Of a stretch of 64,000 bases of DNA, positions 46,024-64,000 are shown in pieces. The notes under the pieces were generated by a model. The model was not told the origin of the DNA. It searched no databases and saw nothing but the letters and a program-made list of their open reading frames with translations. A program made the position numbers and the translations under genes. The stretch's first letter is position 1. Every line of letters begins with the position of its first letter. Origin of the DNA: the human T2T-CHM13v2.0 reference genome, Homo sapiens; NCBI RefSeq assembly GCF_009914755.1, contig NC_060941.1; one strand, given 5' to 3'.

Positions 46024-48004
46024 TAAGATTAAAGTATGTATTAAAATCAAACATGTTCCCTATTAACTATTTCCCTCCTATACACAATCTCATCTGCCAC
46101 TTAACAAAACCTCCTATGTCACTATATACGTAAGATACTGAACTAGCTGTCTAAAAAAAGAATTCTTTACTAGTATGTTTCTATTCTGTATACCCTCCTA
46201 GAAGCATTTAAAACTTTTGCTAAATACACAAACTTTACCGCACACTCAGCTAAATGGCTACAACAGATTCAACATGACAAAAAGCTTAACCAAACACAAT
46301 CTTAAGAAAGTTCTTGGCCAGGCGTGGTTGGTGTGTGCCTGTAGTCCCAGCTACTCTGGAGGCTGAGGTGGGAGAACCAATTAGGCCCAGAAGTTTGTGG
46401 CTGCAATGAGTTATGATTGCGCTACTGCCATCCATCTTGGGCACAGAGCAAGACCCTGTCTCTATTTAAAAAAAAAAAAAGTTCTTATTCAAGATAATCT
46501 TTTTCAAATGCACTCTCAAACATGGCAAGTTCAGAATATCTTTTATAGAAGAGACTAAAACCTACATTAAGTCAGTGGTACTTACTACAACCCATTTGCT
46601 TGTGGGCTCACTAGAAAACTCAATGCCTGTCATGTGATCCAGTCCCCAGCAATGTAGGAAAACACCTAAACTATTCAAGAAAACACTGGTCATCATTCTT
46701 TAAACCAATTATCTGAAGACTGGTTTGTTCCTGTGGTTACTCTTACACTTGCGGGATTCTTTACAGGTAACCTAGCTGTATCCCTAGAATTTGATTCTAT
46801 TTCCTCTCTTTCAGTCCCTAAAGACTGTTAAACACACAACTACATGTAGGTCCAGATTATCAGAAAATGAGATTTTTTTCTTTAAAAATTTTAAAGAAAG
46901 GAAAAAGAAGATAAAAAGGTAAGCAATATTATTTTCTCCTTTGTTCAGGTCAAAGTAGTTTCACATCATAAATTTTCTTTCTTTACAACTCTTGTTCTTT
47001 TTTCAGAATACTTATACCAAAAGTGAATTGATTAGTCAACAAAAACAGTCTATATAATACTTATGTTTCAGAATGGTCTAGAAATGCATTAATTTATAAT
47101 CAATCTTTATCTACCTTCCCTATATCATTCCACTGAATTCAACAGAAAAGAAGTCCGAAGTAATAACTTAAAGATAGACTTAGCTGCTTGATTTTTGTCC
47201 TACTTGCTTTTCCAAAGAAGGAAAAAGGGTAAGAAAGTTCCTGTAAAAAAGAGATTTGAGGAGCAGCATTTATCTTTCCAGAATAAAGTCAGTTATTATA
47301 CCACAACTATGGTTCAAGAGTAACTCGAAAGAGCATATACTATTTCTGGTAACACTTCACTAATAAAATACAATCTTAATTTAGTTCCCCTCCTAAATGG
47401 GTCAGCCCATGGAAAAACACTAGTGCTCAATTACATGGTTAAATAACAAGCAGCATCTGTTGGATTCATGAAAATATCCAATTAAAAGTTGTATTTTTGG
47501 CCAGGTACACTGGCTCATGCCTGTAATCCTAGCACTTTGCGAGGCCAAAGATGGTGGGTAGCTTGAGCTCAGTTCAAGACCAGCCTAGGCAACATGGTGA
47601 TATCTTGTCTCTACAAAATCTACAAAAATTAACCAGCCTTGGTAGCGTGCACCTGTGGTCCCAGCTACATGGGAGGCTGAGGTGTGAGGACTACTTGAGC
47701 CTGGCAGTTTGGGCTGCAATGAGCCATGATTGTGCCACTGCACTCCAGCCTGGGTGACAAAATAAGAGACCTTATCTCAAAAAAAAAAAGTTATAATTTC
47801 AATTTTTTTTTTTTAAGACAGGGTCTTGCTCTGTTGCCCAGGCTGGAGTACAACAGCACAATCCTAACTCAATGCAGCCTCAATCTTCTGAGCTCAAGTG
47901 ATCCTCCCACCTCAGTCTTCAGAGTAGCTGGGACTCTGAAGTCCCACTTCAGAGTGTGTGCCACTGTGCCCAGCTTTTTTTTTTTTTTAAAGAGACGGGG
48001 GTCT

Positions 48005-48700
<696 letters not shown>

Positions 48701-48949
48701 AAGAGAGAGAGAGAGAGAGACGGGGGTCTAGCTATGTTTCCCAGGCTGCTCTCAAACTCCTGGTCTCAAGCCATCCTCCCACCTCGGCCCCTTAGTGGTG
48801 GATTACAGGTGTGAGCCTATATTTTCAATTATCAATAGCCTTTTAAGAGTTTTTCATAAAGAAAGCCGGGTGCAGTGGTTAAACTTACAAAGTTATAAAC
48901 TGAGTCAAACCACAGAATCCCAGAAAGGCTCAGAAGTTGAAGGTACTGG

Positions 48950-49024
48950 TATATATACATATATACATATACATATACATATACATATATATATATGTAT
49001 ATATGTATATATGTATATATATAT
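48950..49024. repeat. (CATATA)n/(TA)n/(TATATG)n microsatellite
   Basis: Read directly from the sequence. Confidence 0.9.
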
Positions 49025-49083
49025 CCCTGAAGGTGGATATATAGGTGTAACTGAAAAGAGAAGGGGCTGGACACAGTGGCTCA

Positions 49084-49431
<348 letters not shown>

Positions 49432-50293
49432 TCAGTGAAAAACTTAAGAGGTCCACTCTTTGAAATGGTTGAAACAGAGGGACTCAGAATTAGAGATATT
49501 CAGATACAGCTGAGATGATGTATTTAAAAGATTAAGTGAAAATTTAACCACTATGTAAGTGAGCCCCACCTCCAAACCTCCTTTCCCCAATAGGTTCACT
49601 AAACACTGGCAGCCCAGCTTATACCCTCTAGTCAGAGTACTGAAAGTCTCCTCTGGGAAAACTACTTAAGCAGGTGACAGAGCGTACAAATACTGGCAGG
49701 TGGGTGACAGGCACCCAATAAAAAGAGTCAAGTCCCCAGATCATTCACTCTAGTAAAGCCTGCAATGTCATAAGCTACTCACATACACAGAACCTCCAGT
49801 TAGCATTTTAGTACCCAGAAGTCTAAGAGGGTTGCTAATCAAAGATTCTATACCCAGTCAAAACTATCAATTATAAGGATAGAAAAGAAAGAAACTTAAG
49901 AGCCTGCAATTCTGCGGTTTGACTCAGAATTCCAACACAGAGGATCTCAAAAGTATCACCATCCTTGCACTCTCAGGAAACTACTCTCAGGTTGGGCACC
50001 ACCATAACAGTAAATAAGACAAAAAAAAAAAAAAAAAGGAGAAATGAGAAATGAGGGATCCAACAAGAAGGGAAAAGCAAAGAGAATCCCCAAGATGACT
50101 ACTGTGAAACAGGACTACAGAACTACTAATCCAAATCGGAAAAGAAGAATGAAGGGTAACAACAGGGATATTAATTAACAAGAGGAGAAAAAAAGGGAAA
50201 CTCATAAGATTATACAAAGTCCTTGAAGGTAGGGAGAAGTGATTTATACTTCTAATAGATAGTCTACTGATGAACTACCAACAAGTACACAGA

Positions 50294-50510
50294 TCAGGAG
50301 TCAGCAAACTACAAAAAGTCAGCTAGAAAATATTTCAGGCTAAGTATTTTCAGCTTTGCAAGCCATCTGTCTCTATCATAACTATTTAACTCTGCTCTAG
50401 TGTGAAAGCAGGCATAAAACAATCTATCAATGAATGAGCATGGCTGTGTTACAACAAAACTTTATTTACAAAAAAAGTGGCAGAGTACAGGCAGGTGTTT
50501 ACTAACTCAT
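50294..50510. mobile_element. MER58A-type hAT element
   Basis: caggagtcagcaaact…gagcatggctgtgttacaacaaaactttatttac. Confidence 0.75.
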
Positions 50511-50654
50511 AACATTAATAATTAAGTGAAAAAAAGGGATAATCATTAACACCTGGGAAAACAAAACGATGTACAAGAAATGAAATGTGAAGGCTGGGCG
50601 CCGTGGCTCACGCCTGTAATCCCAGCACTTGGGGAGGCCGAGGTGGGCGGATCA

Positions 50655-50912
<258 letters not shown>

Positions 50913-51193
50913 CTATGGCTCAGTTACAAATAATATTTATAAAATTATAAGAGTATAAACAAATATTGTTTTTACCAAAACTTATAACTATATTGGCAAG
51001 ATAAGGAAAGGGAGAGGAAGCCAGGTGCAGCGGCTCATGCCTGTAATCCCAGCACTTTGGGAGGTCAAGGTGAGTGGATCACTTGAGGTCAAGAGTTCAA
51101 GACCAGCCTAGCCAACATGGCGAAACCTGTCTCTACTAAAAACACAAAAATTAGCTGGGTATGATGGCAGACGCCTGTAATCCCAGCTACTCA

Positions 51194-51298
<105 letters not shown>

Positions 51299-51744
51299 TC
51301 AGAAAAAAAAAAAAAAGGAAAAGGAGAGGGAAAAGAAGTGTGTGCAAAAGTGCCAATATCCAAGTGTTGAGTCGGGGGAAGTAAGATAGCTAACCTCTCA
51401 ATAGAAAGTCAATAGAATTTCAATGGTAGGCTGTTGTGACCAAAAAAAAAAAAAGTCCACTAGATTAATCCTAAATGATAACTCAAGAATAAGCATGTTA
51501 TGTCTTTCAAAATTTTTAAACAGGTAACTTAAAAGAAACAGAAGAATTAAAAAGGGCTGCTTCTGAGGAGCAAATCTATTCATTGGGGCTCAGGATTGCA
51601 GCCTTTCATTTTAAATCTTGGTAATCTGTTTGACTTCTTAAAACTACATAAATCTATATGCCTGGCTGGGAGCAGTGGCTCACGCCTGTAATCCCAGCAC
51701 TTTAGGAGGCCGAGGCGGGTGGATTGCCTGAGCTCAGGAGTTCA

Positions 51745-52460
<716 letters not shown>

Positions 52461-53477
52461 TATTTTGTTAACAATAAAGGTTTACGTTAATTTTCAAAGA
52501 GGAAAAAAAATGAAAGCACCTTTATTTATCCAGGCTTATCTACTCATCCAGTCTTACTAAAACTAAAAAGTTTGAAAAAACAAACAAACAAAAACTCCAG
52601 GTGCACATGAAAAAAGATGTGCATATATGACATCAAAGACCTCAAAATGATTACAATCTCAACCAAATGTTCACTTCACATCCTCTCACATCTTTCAGGA
52701 AAAATTAGTAAGTTCCCTTTAGTTTTCTCTTCCCCACATCCCAACTTACTTGCCACTGGTTCATCTCTCTTGAAGTCTCACTAACTCAATGACTGCTGGG
52801 AACTTAAATCTTTTGAGAGACTATGCCTTATATTATCTAAATCACGGAGAAGCGAGTAACCTGAAGGTTTTAATTGCATAGGAGAAGGAGGTATCTATCA
52901 TAAGTCTTCTGTGCCTCTATCTGCAACTAGTCTAATAAGTAGTGTCATAAATTTGCTTAATTCATTGCTCAAGAAAATTATAAGCTCTCAAAGAGTAAAT
53001 GGTCTTATATAGAAAACACAAATTTAAATTACTTTAATTAAAGGGAATTGAGAGATTGGGAATAAGAAGGGTTAACTTGATCCAAAACATACTCACAGAT
53101 CACTATCCTTAACAGGTGTTGTTACTTAATTTTAATATCAGAGTGCTGTGCATATATTTCCACAAATACTAAAAAAAAGATACTTCCAAGCCTAAGTCTC
53201 TGCTTTCATCCCACATTAAGTCTATCATCACAAATCAAAATTTAGGCCACTGTATTAAAATACAGCCTATTCCTACAGTAAGAAAATGCTTAAAGTGTAT
53301 AAAGGGAAGTTTGTAAAGTGGTTTAAAAAAAAAAAAAACCTGACTGTATCTAGTACTCTGTCACTGACAACCTCTGGAATATGTCTGTATATTAGCTTGT
53401 TTTATCCCACATTCTCTGTTAAGACACAAAAAGGAACAAATCTAAAGAAATATCACGTCAGAATTTAAGATAGCTTA

Positions 53478-53684
<207 letters not shown>

Positions 53685-54950
53685 CTATAATCTATTCAGA
53701 GCCAAGTAAAAAAGGTTACAGTTTAAACTCTATATTCATCAACACTAGCTTACCCCAGAATATTAAGCTACAATCACTTCAATGTATCTCTAGACATTAT
53801 CAGGTTTCAAAGTTACTCCACAAGGAATAAAAGGTCTAAGTGCCACATATTCTATTAAATTACCTGAAAAGTATTTTTCCACCTTATAAAATTCAATGAC
53901 ATCATGAACATACTGAATTGGTTCCTGTATTAATGAAAAGGACACTTGTTTGTATAACCTGGAAAATATTAAACACACTCTACACCTATGATGCCAATTT
54001 CTAAGCTGGCTCACTTGTTACTTTGTCCTAATTCCCCTAGTCATTCAACCTGCCAAAAAAACTAGCCAGTTAATAATTAAAGTCAAAACATTTCATGTCC
54101 ATCAGCATTCTAATCCACGACTCCACTACAACACTAAGTGATGAATAAAAAGGAAGCTGTTGGCACAGAGCCTAACAAGCGGTGCACTATCAGCCACCTT
54201 AGGTCTCATTTCAAACAAATTATTCCCATGATTATTATTCAGTACAGGACCCTTTACTTGGGGGAGAAATTTAAAAATTTAAAGACTTAAATTGTAAATG
54301 GCACTTCTGTCAAATAAAATTATAGCTATCTTCACTAACTATATAGCTTCAATTTTGCCAACAAATCTATTAATCACTCCAAGTTAATTTACCAAAAAAA
54401 CATTAACACAGTCATTTTGAGATAAGTCTGGATGTAGGTCAGAAAAATTTTTTTGTGTACTCTATCCATTTCATATCTGTCACAAAGCATCCAACAAATC
54501 GTGCTACAAATAATGATACCACTTCAGCACTCTAACTTTCATTACAAGATTTTAAATTGCTTAGTCTAAATATAATTAACTCTCCTTCTATAGCCTATAT
54601 ACCTTTATAAACATTTTGTAAATATGGGTCATCTGTGTTCAATGTTTAAGTAAAAATAAAAGACAAACGTTTCTCAATTCAACACCAAAAATGCATACAC
54701 TATACCCACAGAAAAACAGACACAATATGAGCTTCTGAATAAAAGCAAAGACATGTATTAAGAGTTACACATGGTTTATATGCACAATTTATACAACAAA
54801 TGGGTAGAATAAACATTAACTAAAAAGTATGATAGTGGACTTTAACTGCACTAGAAATTCTGTGCCACTACAAAGATTAATGTTGGTTTTATATTTTCTC
54901 CTAAATGATAGTCAAGTCTTTCAAAGCAACTAATTTTTTTTTAAATTTTA

Positions 54951-55232
<282 letters not shown>

Positions 55233-56466
55233 TCAGTCTCCAAAAAAACAAACAAACAAAAAAAAAGGTAAGCTTAGGGAAAAAAAAGTAGAATAAGCTT
55301 GAGAAAATGACAATATTTCAGAATTGGTATAGAATAATTTTTTAAGTCTAATATTAATCATAAATATTAAATAGGAAAAATTCACATTCTATTATATCAA
55401 AGACACCGTTATCTACTTCCATTTAAAACCAAAACGTTTATGGGTTTCACTTCATTAAAGAAAGTATTAGGCTAGGAGAATAGAGAAGCAGCACAAAGTG
55501 ACTTCACTTTAATTAATTAAAGGTCTAGATCACAAGCATATTTGTGAGTTGATGACAAAAAAAGAGAAAAGAATCTCAATTGATCTGCTTTCAATTTAAT
55601 GAGGTCCTACCATTTCAAAATTAAATAGCTACATTAAGACTTTTACCTCAAATTATGAGACTTATGACTACTAGAATATACATGTTCTTAATTCCAACAG
55701 AATTATGTTAGGAATATCTTCCAATTCTTCACCTCTTTACAATCAATTTAGTATCTTTTATTTTTATTACCTTTTATTTCAAAAATCCCTACCTTCTGAT
55801 GGTTGTAACACTTGTTCTACATAAGAAACCACTACCAACATATTTCTCCTAAGTTTTAAAGCATCAAAGACCCAAGACACAGTTACCATTTGTAAGTATC
55901 AAGGTTGTACAGTTGTTATAAACTTCAAATAAATTAGTCATTTAAAACTAGAAAATGACTTTGTCTCCTTCGCAAAAATAGTAAATAAAAAAATCTGCTT
56001 TCTGGGAGGCTGAAGCCAGGTGTGGTGGCTCACGCCTGCTATCCGGGAGGCTGAGGCCAGGTGTGGTGGCTCATGCCTGTAATCCCAGCACTTCAGGAGG
56101 CCAAGGCAAGTGGACCACTTGAGGCCAGGAGTTCGAGACCAGCCTGGCCAACATGGCAAAACCCCATTTCTACTAAAAATATAAAAATTAGCCATGCATG
56201 GCACGGCTGTAGTCCCAGCTACTCAGGAGGCTGAGGCATGAGAATCACCTGAGCCCAAGAGATGGGAGTTGCAGTGAGCTGAGATCACACCACTGCACTC
56301 CACTGTGGGCGACATAGCGAGACTCTGACTCAAAAAAACAAAAAAAAAAACCTTTGCAATAGTAAAAGCTAAAGCACAATTTATAAATTTTCACATGAAA
56401 TTCTGAAAATTTTATGGTTTTATTTTGTAAAATCTATTTTAGTTAAACTTGCAGTCAAATGATTTA

Positions 56467-56760
<294 letters not shown>

Positions 56761-59236
56761 TCAAAAAAAAAAAGAATATTGAATGTGGTTTAGAAAAGTA
56801 ATCAGTATTAATCTTGAAGCATTTCTCCCTCATTATTCTAATGCTTTCAGAGGGGGTGGGCATCTTATGTCCCCAGTGCCCACAATTCTCATTAACACTA
56901 AATAGGAGCTATGCATAAAACAAACAAGTAGAGACCACCTGTTGAGGTTTTCTAAATCCAACGTATCTCTGAAGTATGTCCTCATCTATATGGCAAGCAA
57001 CTAAGCAACCATTACACTAAAGTAATATAATTTCATATTTTGTTGCTGAGAAAAACGAGAGTAAGTCCTAATAACGCTCAATAAAGTCTGAAGGTTTTTG
57101 GTTTTGTTGGGAATCACTTAGAAACAAGAAGCCTACTGAGCCAAGTTTCTAATATCCTGACAATCTAATAACTGTAATAAAAGTACTTTCTACACGTTGT
57201 ATTCAGATACGAAAAGTGAAATGGTACAACCAACCCACTCAAGGCATAGTGATATGCACTATTTACACTAATTGAAACAAGTTCTTGAATCTCAACACCA
57301 GCATTATAATAGGGAGGGGAAGGAGAAGGGAACATATGGCAAATCTTTACCTATCTCTTTTGAACTTAACCAGAGCCTAATAGAAAAAGTCTGCTTAATC
57401 TATATAACTATTTTCCTCCTCTAGCCAGGTGCAATGACTCATGCCTGTAATCCCAGCTACTTGGGAAGCTAAGACAGAAGGATCACTTGAAGCTAGGAGT
57501 TCAAGACTAGCCTGGCAATACAGGAAGACCCTGACTCCAAAAAACTTTTTTTAGTTAGTAGGGCATAGTGGCAATGCCTGTAGGCCCAGCTGCTGGGGAA
57601 GCTGAGGTGGGAGGATTGCTTGAGTCCAGGAGTCGGAGGCTGCAGTGAGCTATGATTAAGCACTGCAGGCTGAGTGAGACAAAGTGTGACCTCCATCCCT
57701 ACAAAAAAAAGAAAAAAAAATTCCTTCTCTTGTAGCTCTATGTCCAGAGAAAATAAAGTTCAACTCTGCATTCTTAGTACTTTTCTGTTACTATTAGCAT
57801 TACAGTTCTTAATCATCAGTGTTTCTTGAAATTTTTATGGACTATTTATTGGAAGAAAACACAAATGCTAAATTTGATTACCATATTTTTTTCCTGAAGA
57901 TGCAGATTACAGTAGTGCCAAAGTATGTGATAAGTCATCAAAATAATTCTCTATCAATGGGGAAAAAAAATCACAACCAAAAAAGCAGACACACCCTGCA
58001 CTCAACATTTTTCTCAAAAAAATGGCATCTTTAAATATCTCCACGGTGGTAAAAAATGAATCTTCTCCAATACAATTTTGCAAAACTATTAAAATGTAAC
58101 ATATGCTAATGAATAATGGCTCAAAAATTAACATGGTAGAAAATACCATGTATTTCCTGAAATAAAGAGAAATGTTTAAATGCTAGATCAGTGTTTCTCC
58201 TGAATAATCATTAATAACCTATACATTCAACAAATATACCGAGAGCCTTAAGTTGGCCGCATCATTATCTATGGCAAAACTTGAAAACTGATTTAAAAAC
58301 AGCCTAGTATGTTATGTTTGGCTTGAAAACTTAGAAGATACACTTGATCAAAAAAACAGTATGCAGAAGAAATACAGCAAATGAAGTTGTCACCTAGGAG
58401 ACTAGCCAATTTAAAGAGTCGGGCCACATCACAAGTAAATTTTACAATAGTAGAAATAAATTACTCTCTTTAGACTATGTGGGGCACACAACAATGTTTT
58501 AGTTTGGCTGGGACTAGATTCCTATGCCTGGCTGTTTATCTATCTGTCAATCCTATTAACAGCTGTCATTTAAGGTTAAAGTCCACTACAGTTAATATCC
58601 TTCAATTAAAACATCCAAAATTAAATTCAGAACAATAGTCCACTTAGTTTGAGCACTATTCATTATGATAAAATTCTGGTATAATAAAACTATCTGAACA
58701 TGTTACTAAAATCTACTTTACAGACCTCAGGAGCCAGGAAAAAGAACAAATATTTTTAGCCCTGAGTTTTTTTAGTTCACAAGGTATCAGTTTTCTCAAA
58801 GAGTCTCATCACAGTCTAACTTGCTATGATTTTTTTAAGATGACAAATGGGAGAGGACGCAGTGTTTGCTTTTATTTTTATTTAAAGGGAAAGAATAAAA
58901 GCCAATGATGACAGCAATTGAATTCCAAAAATGTTAGAACACAGAATAAAAATACACAGAAAACTCTCCTTCAAGAACACATTAATGAAAATGATACAAT
59001 CTTGCTCTGAAGCAAATTAACAGTACACTTAAAAGTACCAGTCCTACCCACCACAGAGATTCTTGACCAGAGGGACTGAGCTAAGATTTTCCCATCACCC
59101 ATTTTATACCTCTTTCACCCACTATCACACAACCACTAAACAAAGCTACAAAATACAATTTTTAAAAAAAAGGGGCCAGGCATGGTGGCTCATGCCTGTA
59201 ATCCCAGCACTTGGGGAGGCTGAGGCGGGCAGATCA

Positions 59237-59460
<224 letters not shown>

Positions 59461-60984
59461 TCAAAAAAAAAAAAAAAAAAAAAAGAAAGAAAGAAAGAAA
59501 AAAGCTGTAACCCCAAAGGAGTTTTATTCCCTAATCCTTTTTGTATCAAAACATATCGACCCCGATTCAACTAATCATTATCCTATAGAGGATAAAGCAA
59601 AAAGTAAGAAAATCATCTATGTTTGGCTTTGGAATTCAAGAGATTTTTTGAACAAATAACCTTCTGGAATGTTATAGTTTGGCTAATACTAGTTAGCACA
59701 AATCCTGATCCAAAAATCATCCAGCCTTTGCAAATTACTTTGCTCAACGGTATTGACTTACTGCTACAAAATGAGTAACTGAGGGTTTAAAGTATGTATT
59801 AAATCAGACGTGATTTGCTGTAACTGATCTTTGCCAGTTAGCAATAAAATAAGTTTACATTCTATTTCTACACATCAGCTAAACTTGAAAGGAAGGTAAC
59901 CCAAACAAATGCTAAGTGACATAAGAGAAAATGAAATTTAAAATGCACTATGGAATCTGAACAGATTCTTCAGAACTGTCGAAATCATCAAAACCAAAGA
60001 AAGTCTGAGAAACTGTCACAGTCTAACAAAGCCTAAGGAGACATGACAATTAAATGTAATAGGGGTATCTTAAATGAGATCCTAGAAAAGAAAAACATAT
60101 TAGGCAAAAAAATAAAGGAAATCCAAATATATACTTTAGTTAATAATAAAGTATCAATATTGGTTCATTAGTTAATTTTTAAAAATACACTGCATGACAC
60201 AAAGGAGCTAAGGGGGTTAAACAAAGGCAATTCTGTATTTCTGTTACTGAATATTCCAGTTAAGAAAAACTGAGAATTCTAATCTTTGAAAAAAGAAATG
60301 CTTTCCCTCTTCCCTCACTACCAAGAAAAACAAGGGCAATATTATCACCATAATAAAAAACACTTCAGTAACAAGATGTGGTGTGTGCTGAACCAAACAG
60401 AAGGACACTGCCTGTGAAGAGCAGGCTCAAGCTAAATTAACCAGCTTTTTAGTTACCACCTGGGTCCTTCCGGTACCCCATTCCTCAGTGCTACACCTCC
60501 ACTTGGAACTCAGGACTGCCTCCAGCAGCTGATGCTACCCTGTACTGTCCAGCTGCTCTCTTCTCAGGGGAGCTTAGAAGAAGGAAATAGAGTGCCACAG
60601 ATGGAAGAAATGAAAAAGGGGTTAGCTAGAGAGACAGAGGCAGACTAATTACCCCAAGAGGGAGGTAGACGCTGTCCCTAGAGCAAAGAAAAGGGCAAGA
60701 CAAATATATTCCATCTGAAAAAACCTTATTATGCTTTAAGATACGTCTGATTTAAGTAACAACATTCTTAAGTAAATAACAGGTTTTATTTTTAAGAAAA
60801 GCTAAAATATTATATAAATAACACTGACTATGCAAACTAAAACAGTACAGGACAAGCTTTGGAACAATAAATATGATCATATACCACTCCTAATTGTATT
60901 TCAGTTTATTATTTCAATCACTTCACTTTGATAAATTTTTAAGTTATTTACGGCCAGGTGCAGTGACTCACGCCTGTAATCCTA

Positions 60985-61255
<271 letters not shown>

Positions 61256-61575
61256 TCATTAGCATTCAGTAAAGTCTGACAGCAGTTAAAACCCTACCTC
61301 CTGCCTGTAATCCCAGCAGTTTGGGAGGCCAAGGCTGGCGGATCACAAGCTCAGGAGATCGAGACCATCCTGTCTAACAGTGAAACCCCGTCTCTATTAA
61401 AAATACAAAAAATTAGCCGGGCGTGGTGGTGGGCGCCTGTAGTCCCAGGTACTCAGGAGGCTGAGGTAGTAGGAGTATGGCATGAACCCAGGAGGCAGAG
61501 CTTGCAGCAAGCAAGCTCCACTGCACTCAGAGAGCGAGATCACGCCACTGCACTCCAGCCCGCGGGACAGAATGA

Positions 61576-61980
<405 letters not shown>

Positions 61981-63517
61981 TGAAAATTACGCTAAAAATC
62001 AAAGCTAGAGAAAAATGTTTAAGACTGTAACCTAGTTTCAGTGGAGAAAACATATCTGACTGGTAACATGAAACCTAGAAGACAAAACTGACTTTTAACA
62101 ATATCCATCAAAGCAGCTCACATCTAACTTTAATAGTCTTTTAACTTTCACAATATTTTTTCTATTACGGTAAAACTAGGCCAGGTGCAGGGGCTCACAC
62201 TTGTAATCCCAGCACTTTGGGAGGTTAAGATGGAAGGATCACTAGAGTTCAGGAGTTCAAGACCAGCCTGGTCAACACAGCAAGACCCCATCTCTACTTA
62301 AAAAGAAAAAAAGAAAAAAAAAATTAAACATTATGTATCTCTTAAAATTATCTTTGATTCTACAAAGTGTATTTCATGGAATCTTAAAAAAAGATCTGTT
62401 TAGTCTGTTTAGATGCTCTGCCAACTTTATTAAGAAGACCAAAGCCCCTAAGTCACCATTATAGTTTTATCAATAATTATGTTTTATCAACAAATATATT
62501 TTATCAATAGTTTATAGTTTTTCAACAATGTTATACAGTCTCCAAACATTCTAGTAAGGTGATTTTTATGACCACTTAACGATTAAAATAACTCAAATAC
62601 TATATCCAAAACAATGAAAGAAAAAGGAGGCTGGCGGACTTAGCTTTTGGCATAATTAGAAAGTATTGTCTCGCTAAAACTACCATATATACATACATCA
62701 TGTATATGTACATATATGTATATACATATACACATCACTTTACACATTTAGAACTACATTAAATACACACAACTAAGGACTGGACTCTGCAGCAGGCATC
62801 TTATTAGAAAAACTACAAAAGCTGGAAAGCTTTCTTGAAGAATTGCAGTCACTCTCAAAAATAACAATTAACACTGGAGAGTATGTTCATTAGAATGTGA
62901 AAAGCAATTATCAAAACATACAAATGTAACACGTACATTCCTACATAAATGTTGGTCTTACTAAGTACCAGTTCAAGATACAGACACCTAGAATACATTC
63001 TATCCAAAAATAAAATAGATCCTATAGGTCAGAGATACAATAACAAAAACTTCAGAGTACTCAATTTCAAATAAGAACTTAAAAAAAATTATCTAGAAAT
63101 CCTAAGTTTATCTGTCAAAAATCATTATCAAACTATCTTACTGAAGTCTTTGGAACCTTATAGCATACAACCAATCATTTATATTCCTATTATCTAAGAT
63201 TCAGTTAATACTGACTTTCACAATTTAAAGCTTCAGTAATTATATGAAAAGCTATAGTTTCTCTTTCTAAAGTAGCATTTGGTCCTAAAAGTCAAGAAAA
63301 TAAGGAAGTAATCACATTGATTTGCTCACAATAAAATTGTTTGTGTAACCTTTTAGATTATGATCCCATGTCCCATAAAAGCTAAACAAGTTGGCACTTT
63401 TCTATTATGTTTGACAGAACAGTATATGAGTCACTTTCCAAAAATAACTAAATTAACATATGCCTTCATAAGTTAATCAAATAGCACAAATGACAATAAC
63501 AAAATACATGCCTTAAA

Positions 63518-63532
63518 ACACACACACACACA

Positions 63533-63563
<31 letters not shown>
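63518..63563. repeat. Interrupted (CA)n microsatellite
   Basis: Read directly from the sequence. Confidence 0.95.
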
Positions 63564-64000
63564 CGGATAGTTACATTTCCAGTACTTTTAGAATCATCTG
63601 CCTATTCAATGCAAAAGACTCAACTTCAGCAGTGGCTGAAGTGACTCAAAAGTTACATCTGGCTTCTAAACTATTACACGACTTTGTTAGGAACTCTGTT
63701 TCCTGATTCCATTTTTTTAGATTAATGTAACATGCCTTCTTCGGGCCCTAACTACCTGTGAGAAATTAAGAAGAGAGGTGGTGGAAGGAGAAAGTCATTC
63801 ACGCCTTAAAAACCCAGCTATAACAACATGGATAATTTAAGTAAAATAAAATAATCATGGTGAAATAAAACAATGAAGCTGAATTTTTATCTGGCCTCCT
63901 AAGTCTCCCACAAAAACAAACTTAATTTGTAATACATATGACATTCTGGGAGAAGTATACAATGTTGCTATATCATTAGTTAGAAATGGAAAGTTTCTTT

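Overview
This is primate (almost certainly human or great-ape) genomic DNA lying entirely inside MED13 (Mediator kinase-module subunit, TRAP240/THRAP1), transcribed on the minus strand. Seven coding exons can be placed to the base with GT-AG boundaries and join into one reading frame: 53479-53647, 36411-36556, 34736-34933, 32393-32587, 30800-30962, 30490-30600 and 11505-12188. By my recollection of the reference numbering these are exons 3-9; the flanking exons lie outside the window. The rest is intron, dominated by about 65 Alu elements or fragments (roughly two thirds on +, antisense to MED13), plus L1/L2, MaLR-type LTR and DNA-transposon fossils. The introns also carry L1-mobilised cargo: a 5'-truncated sense-oriented SVA, a 7SL pseudogene, a Y1 RNA pseudogene sharing one TSD with an Alu, an unidentified ~870 bp processed retrocopy next to exon 7, and a 53-nt double-hairpin element with its own poly(A). 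Almost all entries in the ORF track are Alu/L1 artefacts. No new protein-coding system is evident. The most interesting leads are the mini-hairpin retro-element, the frame-symmetric exon 4-8 block (possible stop-free circRNA carrying the Fbw7 degron) and several unusual retrotransposition footprints. Repeat boundaries are approximate and subfamily calls were made by eye.
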